Source of the DNA: Candidatus Saccharimonadota bacterium
GTDB taxonomy: Bacteria > Pseudomonadota > Gammaproteobacteria > Enterobacterales > Enterobacteriaceae
Direction of reading: 5' to 3'
Length of the DNA stretch: 32,000 nucleotides
Assembly (NCBI GenBank): GCA_049942765.1
Contig: CP188086.1
Span: forward strand, 360,001-392,000
Shown: positions 9,183 through 16,957 of the stretch, piece after piece
Position numbering within the stretch: position 1 is the stretch's first letter
How the letters are laid out: each line of letters opens with the position of its first letter
Notes under the pieces: generated by a model
What the model was told of the DNA's origin: nothing
Database searches by the model: none
Seen by the model: the letters and a program-made list of their open reading frames with translations, nothing else
Program-made: the position numbers and the translations under genes

Positions 9183-10308
9183 TCATTTCATCTGGAATAG
9201 AAAATTTGTTAGGTGTAATCGGAGACACACCACCTTCTTTTTTCCATTTTTCTAAATGCCATACCCAAGCTAACACTTCTGCTACTGCAGTATATAATTT
9301 ACTAGGAATATATTGACCTATATCAGTATAACGATATAAAGTATGAGCTAATGCTGGTGCAGATATAATAGGAATACAATGTTTTTCTCCTAACTTACAA
9401 ATTTTTAATGCTAATTCACCAGCTCCTTTAGCTAACACTTTAGGTGCATTCATTTTTTTTTCATTATATTGTAATGCTATTGCATAATGTATTGGATTTT
9501 TTATAATTACATGAGCATGCTGAATATCTACAATCATACGTTTTTTTAACATTTCTTTCATAGATTGACGAATTCTAGATTTAATTAATGGATCACCTTC
9601 CATTTGCTTAAATTCATCTCGTATTTCTTGACGACTCATTTTTAAATTTTTATAATATTTAAAATATTGAAAAAAAACGTCAAATAAAACAATCGGAGAC
9701 ATACTAACAATAGCTAACACGCAACACATAAACAGTATATTAAAACTAAAATGCAATTTATATACAATATCATTAATAAATAACAATGATAATATTTTTG
9801 ATAAAACTAACCATAAATAAAACAAACAAACAGACATTACAAGAAATATTTTTAAAATTGTTTTACATAATTCTACAATAACTTGAAATGATAATATTTT
9901 TGTTATCCCATTAATTGGATTTAACATATCAAATTTTAATTTAAAATGTGAAAAACTTAATTTTCGATCATTTAATAACCATGGAATCAAAAAAATAACA
10001 AATGTTATTGAACAAATCATATAAGTAAACAAAAAAAAAATTTTTTTTAACATATTCAATAATGTATATATAGAAATATAAAAATTATTTAATATATTAA
10101 GATTAAAATCTAAACAAAAAACCATCATATGTCGAAACTCAGATAAAATTACTGATTTATATAAACTGAAGTTTATTAAAGCCACTAATAAAATTATTAT
10201 GGAATGTAATTCACGAGAATGCTTAGTACCTATACCCTCTTTTCTAGCTTTTTTTAATCGATGATGTGTAGGTTGTTCCGTTTTATCTTCATGAGAATCA
10301 TGATTCAT
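9151..10308 (-). CDS. flhB: flagellar type III export apparatus switch protein FlhB
   Basis: 385 aa with ATG at 10308-10306. It is colinear with E. coli FlhB: DKTEQPT.HRL.KAR.EG, MSRQEIRDEFKQMEGDP, PKVLAKGAG..AL.I, and AVAEVLAWVW. The autocleavage motif is NPIH (9487-9498), compared with NPTH in E. coli. Confidence 0.93.
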   Translation of the reverse strand: MNHDSHEDKTEQPTHHRLKKARKEGIGTKHSRELHSIIILLVALINFSLYKSVILSEFRHMMVFCLDFNLNILNNFYISIYTLLNMLKKIFFLFTYMICSITFVIFLIPWLLNDRKLSFSHFKLKFDMLNPINGITKILSFQVIVELCKTILKIFLVMSVCLFYLWLVLSKILSLLFINDIVYKLHFSFNILFMCCVLAIVSMSPIVLFDVFFQYFKYYKNLKMSRQEIRDEFKQMEGDPLIKSRIRQSMKEMLKKRMIVDIQHAHVIIKNPIHYAIALQYNEKKMNAPKVLAKGAGELALKICKLGEKHCIPIISAPALAHTLYRYTDIGQYIPSKLYTAVAEVLAWVWHLEKWKKEGGVSPITPNKFSIPDEMNVIGENQEHV

Positions 10309-10676
10309 AATTCTACTCTTGAAATAATTTTTTTATTATATAAAGTGACTATTACATATATAATCACTGTGATTAATTTTATTAAATATTACTATAGAAG
10401 TTATTATACATATATAAAAACAACATTAATACAATATATAAATGATCTTATGTTTATACAAATAAAAATAACTATATTTGAATATTCAAGTATGTTATAT
10501 ATTATGTATTAATACTACAAAACAAGAAATTAATTATAATCCATTATTATTAAATAATTTTAAAATATAAATAATTTATATCAATAAAAATAAAAACTCC
10601 AAATATCAATCTATATACAAATAGGACATTTTATGATTAATACATACTTATTTAACAACAAAACTAGAGATATATC

Positions 10677-12407
10677 ATGAGAACTTCACAATATTTACTG
10701 TGTACTATGAAAGAAACACCCCATAAAACAGAAACCATTAGCCATAAACTCATGTTGAGAGCTGGATTAATACGTCAAATATCTTCTGGAATATATATTT
10801 GGCTACCTACAGGTATACAAGTTATCAATAAATTAAAAAATCTAATTCATCAAGAAATGAAAAAAATTAATGGTATAGAAATATCTATGCCAATCATACA
10901 ACCAGCACAATTATGGCATAAAAGCGGAAGATGGAATACCTATGGAAATGAATTATTTAAACTTCATGATCGAAAAAATCACTCATTTATATTAAGCCCT
11001 ACTCATGAAGAAATTGTGACTTATTTAATTAAAAATGAAATACATTCATATAAACAGTTACCAATTTTGGTATATCAAATACAAAATAAATTTAGAGATG
11101 AAATCAGACCACAATTTGGAGTTATACGATCAAGAGAATTTATTATGAAAGATGCCTACTCTTTTCATTTAAATCCACTTTCATTACATAATATGTATAA
11201 AACAATGCATGCAACTTACACAACAATTTTTAAAAAATTAACACTAAATTTTCAATCTATACAAGCTGATCCTAGTTCCATGGGTGGAACTATATCACAT
11301 GAATTTCAATCTTTTGTACATATTAACAATAATCATATCAAATGCTCTATAACATCTCATTGTTCAAATAAGAATTTTATTAAATCTAATGAAATAAACA
11401 TTAAAAAATATCAGTCAATAAATAAAATATTAATTAATGATTTTAACAATCCTATACATTTAACAACACATCAAAATGATGATATCAAACCACAAAATAT
11501 AGAACGAAAAATTCATTTTATTTTAATTTATAATAACAAAGCTACTAATTATACTAATCAATTTATAGCTGTAACTCATAGAGATGACTTTATAATAAAT
11601 ATCGATATAATAAAAAATATATTATCTGTAGATGAACCCATACAATATGCCAATAACCAAGACTATATAAATTTCTTAAACAATTTTAAATCTAATATTC
11701 CAGAAAAAATAAATTATATACTAAGTATAGTTGATGATTCAGTGATAAAATCAATAAATAATATAAAAACTATACAATTCAATAAAAATATTATTAATAT
11801 AGATCAACAATGGAAGAAATATTTATCAACATCAAAAATTATGACAATATCTAATAGAATAAATCAAAAATTCGATTATAATCTTATTGATACATCTAAA
11901 ATAAAAAAAACTATAGAAATAGGTCACATATTTCAACTGGAACAAAAATATTCAATGTTAATAAATGCTAAAATTCAACACCAAAATGGAAATAGAAATT
12001 TTCTATATATGGGTTGTTATGGAATAGGAATAACTAGATTAATTGCAGCTATTATTGAACAAAACTATGATAACAAAGGCATTATTTGGCCAAATATTAT
12101 TGCACCTTTTATCATTGCTATTATACCCATTAATTTACATCAATCAAAACAAGTTCAAAAAGAATCAGAAATATTATATCAGCAATTAATTAATCATAAT
12201 ATTAATGTAATTTTTGATGATAGAAATGAAAATATTGGAGTAAAATTTGCTGATATAAATTTAATTGGAATTCCAAATCAATTTATCATTAGTGAAGACA
12301 ATTTAAAAAACAATAATATTGAATATCAAAAAAGAGGTGAAAATAAAAAATTAATGATTAAAAAAAATCAAATTATGCAATTTATCAATGACACTTGCAT
12401 GAAATAA
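10677..12407 (+). CDS. proS: proline--tRNA ligase (bacterial type, with inserted INS domain)
   Basis: 576 aa with ATG at 10677. The N-terminal and C-terminal catalytic and anticodon-binding parts are strongly similar to E. coli ProRS: MRTSQYLL, LMLRAG.IR, FRDEIRP.FGVIRSREF.MKDAYSF, EIGHIFQL, GCYGIGITR and IWP..IAPF. The central ~200 aa are N/I/K-rich and poorly conserved. Confidence 0.93.
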   Translation: MRTSQYLLCTMKETPHKTETISHKLMLRAGLIRQISSGIYIWLPTGIQVINKLKNLIHQEMKKINGIEISMPIIQPAQLWHKSGRWNTYGNELFKLHDRKNHSFILSPTHEEIVTYLIKNEIHSYKQLPILVYQIQNKFRDEIRPQFGVIRSREFIMKDAYSFHLNPLSLHNMYKTMHATYTTIFKKLTLNFQSIQADPSSMGGTISHEFQSFVHINNNHIKCSITSHCSNKNFIKSNEINIKKYQSINKILINDFNNPIHLTTHQNDDIKPQNIERKIHFILIYNNKATNYTNQFIAVTHRDDFIINIDIIKNILSVDEPIQYANNQDYINFLNNFKSNIPEKINYILSIVDDSVIKSINNIKTIQFNKNIINIDQQWKKYLSTSKIMTISNRINQKFDYNLIDTSKIKKTIEIGHIFQLEQKYSMLINAKIQHQNGNRNFLYMGCYGIGITRLIAAIIEQNYDNKGIIWPNIIAPFIIAIIPINLHQSKQVQKESEILYQQLINHNINVIFDDRNENIGVKFADINLIGIPNQFIISEDNLKNNNIEYQKRGENKKLMIKKNQIMQFINDTCMK

Positions 12408-12685
12408 TATAACAACATGGAATTATAATAATAAAAATAACAATTTTTCAATAAGAAAAACAATTCTTGTGATTCATTTCTACAAATATTATATGTTAAT
12501 TAAATTTATTATATTATATATATAATAATTTAATGTTCTTTAACTACATATTTCTTACAATATACCTTCATACATTATAATAAACGCATACATTTTTATA
12601 CTTAATCTAATATTTTAATTATCATATAAACTATATTAATTATGCAACTTACATAATTAATTTCTGCATGCGAAAAAAACAAACC

Positions 12686-15600
12686 TTATACTTTTTTAAT
12701 TGAATCTAAATCTAATATATGTTGAGCAATAATTTTATTATTCTTAAATATTTTATTAACTACAACATAACCTTTAATAACAATAATTTTATCTTTTATT
12801 AAAATATATTGATGTTGTTTTATTAATTGAGAAAAAACGATCACATCTATCTTTGAAGATTTATCATCTAATGATATAATTAAAAAATTATCATTATTTT
12901 TAGTGATTTTCTTTTGAATAGTGGAAACAATACCAAAAATAACACATTTTACATTATTAGTACGAATTAAACACACATCTTGTATTCTTATACCTTTCGT
13001 ATAACGTTTCAATTCACATAAATATTCATCAATTGGATGACCCGTTAAATAAAATCCCAATCCTTCTCGTTCTAATTTTAATTTATGTTGATTAGACCAC
13101 TGACTAGACATTAAATTTTTTCTATTAATGATACTTTTTGAAATTTTAAATGTATCACCAAATATATTATATTGTTTAGAATGTAATTCTAAAAAATATT
13201 GCTTTACTGCATTAATAGTAATACTTAAAGTATCTGATAACATCGATCTATTCTTACAAAATGAATCTAATGCACCAGATATAATTAATTGAAAGAGCAC
13301 TCGATGAGTTAATTGAGATATAGAAACACGTATACATAAATCAAACAAATCAAGAAATTTACCTCGTTTATTTCTTTCATTAATTATTGATAAAATTACA
13401 TTACCCCCAATCCCTTTAATAGCTGATAATCCATATACAATTTGATTATCTTGATTGACAAAAAAATCGTGTTGACTATAATTAATATCTGGAGACAATA
13501 CAACAATTCCAAGACGTACTGACTCTTTCACTAACACCATCAATCTATTTTTATTATCAATTTCTTCATTCATAGCTGCAGCTAAAAATTCCGATGAGTG
13601 ATATACTTTTAACCATAATGTTTGATAAGATAACAAAGCATATGCTACAGAATGAGACTTATTAAAACCATAACTAGAAAATTTTTCCAACAAATCAAAA
13701 ATTTTCATTGAAAGTTGTTCATCAATACCTTTCTTTCTAGAACCTCTTCTAAAAATAACACGTTGACTACGCATTTCCTCTACATTTTTTTTCCCCATAG
13801 CTCTTCTTAAAATATCAGCTTCACCTAAAGTATAACCTGCTAGTTCTTGAGCAATTTGCATTACTTGCTCTTGATATAAAATAATTCCATATGTTGATTG
13901 CAAAATTGGTTTTAATGCCATATGTTGCCATACTGCATCGGGATAATATATTTTTTCACGATGATGTTTTCTATTAATGAAATTATCTACCATACCTGAT
14001 TGAAGTGGTCCAGGTCGAAATAACGCTAACAAAGCAATTATATCTTCAAAATTATCAGGCTGTAATCTAAAAATTAGCTCAGTCATTCCTCGTGATTCTA
14101 ATTGAAAAACAGCAATTGTATGACCACATCTTAAAAATTTAAAACATTTTTCATCATTTAAATTAATAGAATTAATATCTAATAATATATTATTAACTTT
14201 ATTTTTCTTAGAATTAATCATATTAACTGCTGAACTAATAATTGTTAATGTTTTAAGACCTAAAAAATCAAATTTCAATAAACCAACACTATCTATATCA
14301 TTTTTATCAAATTGTGTAATAGGATAATCACCACCATTCGAATCATAATACAATGGAGAAAAATCCATAATTGTAGTCGGCGATATAACCACTCCACCTG
14401 CATGTTTACTAACATTTCTAGTAACACCTTCTAATTTTCTTGCTATAGTAATTACTTTTCTTACATCAACATTTACCTCATATAAAGATGACAATTCCTG
14501 AGATACTATACATGCTTTTTCTAAAGTCATTCCAGGATCCATAGGTATTAACTTAGAAATTCTATTAATAAATCCGTAAGGATAGCCTAACGATCTTCCT
14601 ACATCTTTTATAACAGCTTTAGCAGTCATCGTACCAAATGTAATAATTTGAGCTACAGCATCTTTACCATAAATTTTAGATACATGTTCTATTACTAAAT
14701 CTCTATTTTTAATACAAAAATCAATATCTAAATCAGGCAAAGAAACCCTCTCTGGATTTAAAAATCTTTCAAATAACAAATTAAAATATAATGGATCTAG
14801 TTCTGTAATATTTAATGCATAAGCAACTAAAGATCCAGCTCCTGAACCTCTACCTGGTCCAACTGATATATTATGTTTTTTAGCCCATGTGATAAATTCC
14901 ATAACAATGAGAAAATAGCCTGGAAAATTCATTTTATTAATAACAGATAATTCCCTTTTTAAACGTAAATCATATTTATTACGATTATTAGATCTAACAG
15001 TAACATCTGGAAAAAGATTTTTAAGACGATGTTCTAAACCTTCTTTAGATACTTTTATTAAAAAATTTTTAGCATCTACAGTTTTTGTAACCATACGTGG
15101 AAGGAAATATTTTCCTAATTGAATAATTACATTACATCTTTTAGCTATTTGAACTGAATTAGATAATGCTTCAGGAAGATCCATAAATAACTTACACATT
15201 TCTAATTCTGTTTTTAAATATTGTTCACATGAATATTCTTGCAATAATGATTTATTATTAACTGACAAACCTCTTTGAATTGATACACGAACGTGATGAT
15301 ATTTAAAATCTTTCTTATCAACAAAACATACATCATTAGTAGCTACTAAAGGTAACTTTTCAGTATATGCTAAAGATATGGCTTTATTTATATATATATC
15401 TTCATATAAACGACTTGTTCTCGTTATTTCAATATAAAAATAGTGTAAAAAATGTTTTTTATAAAAATTTATACATCTCTCAACCGATTGTAAATTATCT
15501 CGCAATAAACATATACCTAAATCACCATAAACACCTCCTGATAAAACAATTAACCCCTTCTTATATTTTAACAACCATTGTTGTTTAATAAATATCTTAA

Positions 15601-15952
15601 AAAGAGAATTCTGATATCCTTGACGATAAGCCATAGATATTAAAGTTATTAAATTTAAATATCCTTGATGATTAGTAGCTAATAAAGTTAACATAGATAA
15701 CTTACTGGATAAAACCTCTGAAAGAATATTAATATCTATACCAATAATTGGTTTCACTCCAATATTCATAGAAGATTTATAAAACTTTATAACTCCATAC
15801 AAATTACTAAAATCAGTCATACCCATAGCAGGATATTGTCGTTCTACAGCATATTTTAATAATTCTTGAGGTTTATATAATCCATGAATTAAAGAGTAAT
15901 CGCTATGTACCCTTAAATGTATAAATTTAGATTCCAACATATGTATCACCAA
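12686..15952 (-). CDS. dnaE: DNA polymerase III alpha subunit, lacking the C-terminal ~80 residues of the E. coli protein
   Basis: 1088 aa. Conserved segments are the PHP domain FIHLRVHSDYS, GPGRGSGAGSLVAYAL.IT.LDP, LFERFLNPERVSLPDLDIDF, FQLESRGM, LFRPGPLQSGMVDNFI.RKH, GFNKSHS.AYAL, the internal clamp-binding-like QYNIF, and GLGFYLTGHPI. An alternative start at Met5 (15940) is possible. The alignment to E. coli alpha (1160 aa as I recall) stops at about residue 1080. Confidence 0.93.
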   Translation of the reverse strand: MVIHMLESKFIHLRVHSDYSLIHGLYKPQELLKYAVERQYPAMGMTDFSNLYGVIKFYKSSMNIGVKPIIGIDINILSEVLSSKLSMLTLLATNHQGYLNLITLISMAYRQGYQNSLFKIFIKQQWLLKYKKGLIVLSGGVYGDLGICLLRDNLQSVERCINFYKKHFLHYFYIEITRTSRLYEDIYINKAISLAYTEKLPLVATNDVCFVDKKDFKYHHVRVSIQRGLSVNNKSLLQEYSCEQYLKTELEMCKLFMDLPEALSNSVQIAKRCNVIIQLGKYFLPRMVTKTVDAKNFLIKVSKEGLEHRLKNLFPDVTVRSNNRNKYDLRLKRELSVINKMNFPGYFLIVMEFITWAKKHNISVGPGRGSGAGSLVAYALNITELDPLYFNLLFERFLNPERVSLPDLDIDFCIKNRDLVIEHVSKIYGKDAVAQIITFGTMTAKAVIKDVGRSLGYPYGFINRISKLIPMDPGMTLEKACIVSQELSSLYEVNVDVRKVITIARKLEGVTRNVSKHAGGVVISPTTIMDFSPLYYDSNGGDYPITQFDKNDIDSVGLLKFDFLGLKTLTIISSAVNMINSKKNKVNNILLDINSINLNDEKCFKFLRCGHTIAVFQLESRGMTELIFRLQPDNFEDIIALLALFRPGPLQSGMVDNFINRKHHREKIYYPDAVWQHMALKPILQSTYGIILYQEQVMQIAQELAGYTLGEADILRRAMGKKNVEEMRSQRVIFRRGSRKKGIDEQLSMKIFDLLEKFSSYGFNKSHSVAYALLSYQTLWLKVYHSSEFLAAAMNEEIDNKNRLMVLVKESVRLGIVVLSPDINYSQHDFFVNQDNQIVYGLSAIKGIGGNVILSIINERNKRGKFLDLFDLCIRVSISQLTHRVLFQLIISGALDSFCKNRSMLSDTLSITINAVKQYFLELHSKQYNIFGDTFKISKSIINRKNLMSSQWSNQHKLKLEREGLGFYLTGHPIDEYLCELKRYTKGIRIQDVCLIRTNNVKCVIFGIVSTIQKKITKNNDNFLIISLDDKSSKIDVIVFSQLIKQHQYILIKDKIIVIKGYVVVNKIFKNNKIIAQHILDLDSIKKV

Positions 15953-16304
15953 TATATTTTTTTATTAGCTTTAAAATTCACATCACTGACAAAAATATAA
16001 CCAAATGTACATTAGCACAATATTAACTATATAATGTTCTCTATAAAATAGAGTAATACATGGATATAAAAGAAAAAATAACTCATATAATTAAAATAAA
16101 GATAATTTATATTAAAATAATTTTATATTACAAAAACAAATCCTTATTCTTATAAAGAATATTTATAAAAAAATATACATATTATAATTCTAAATATAAA
16201 AAAACATAAATATTAATACCAATTAATATATATATAACTTATCATAAACTAGAAAATAACATTCAAAATTAATATTTATCAATGTAATTATATCACATAC
16301 AATC

Positions 16305-16736
16305 TTATATACGATAAACACAAATGATATTAGACTGACATACAATATCATCTTTTACATATACTGTTCCAATAAAACGATAAAAATCTTGATAAACTTG
16401 ATCTAATACTACAGAAATTATCATCTGATCACCAGGAATTACTATTTTCTTAAACTTAGTCTTATCAATACCAACTAAATAAAATTTATGATCATATAAC
16501 TTCAATTTATTACTTTTAAATAAAAAAATACCAGCAGATTGAGCTATAGATTCTATAATTAATACACCAGGGACAATTTTATGTGAATCAAAATGACCTT
16601 GAAAATAAAATTCATTAATAGTTACATTTTTTATAACTGTAATCGATTTATTTTTATTAAAATTAACAACTTTATCAACCAACAAAAATGGATATCTATG
16701 TTGTAAACAATTTAATATATTCTTTATATTGGACAT
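16305..16736 (-). CDS. fabZ: 3-hydroxyacyl-ACP dehydratase FabZ
   Basis: 143 aa with ATG at 16736-16734. Conserved segments are HRYPFLLVDKV, NEFYFQGHF, PGVLIIESIAQ, F.GID..KFKK.V.PGDQMI. It is colinear with E. coli FabZ (151 aa). Confidence 0.92.
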   Translation of the reverse strand: MSNIKNILNCLQHRYPFLLVDKVVNFNKNKSITVIKNVTINEFYFQGHFDSHKIVPGVLIIESIAQSAGIFLFKSNKLKLYDHKFYLVGIDKTKFKKIVIPGDQMIISVVLDQVYQDFYRFIGTVYVKDDIVCQSNIICVYRI

Positions 16737-16957
16737 ATTTTTATATCACTACATTAGTGATCTAACTGTTTTAAAAATTTAGATGTTACTGTATTACTAT
16801 ATTTAAAAAAAAAGACATTATTTTATTATAAAATATCTTATATCATATATTTATGGTATAAAAATGTACTATATCAAATTAATAGTAAAATACCATTACC
16901 ACAAAAAATAAAATATAAAACATACAAAAAAAAATGAATAAATAAAAAAATAAAATG

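Noticed and set aside
10478-10489. AT-rich perfect palindromes and short hairpins in spacers. Examples are ttgaatattcaa at 10478-10489, tacgata-t-tatcgta at 19824-19838, tttatcaat-aaaa-attgataaa at 20128-20149, and ctctat-aaa-atagag at 16039-16053
   Set aside because: In spacers of roughly 85-90% A+T, palindromes of 6-9 nt arms are expected by chance. None has a U-tract, conserved context or repeated occurrence that would suggest an operator or terminator.
10261-10512. 83-aa + strand ORF that starts antisense to the flhB 5' end and runs into the flhB/proS spacer
   Set aside because: It is a low-complexity I/Y/F/T-rich translation of AT-rich DNA. It has no Shine-Dalgarno sequence, overlaps the flhB start, and has no family resemblance. 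I treat it as a chance ORF, though only expression data could exclude a small hydrophobic peptide.
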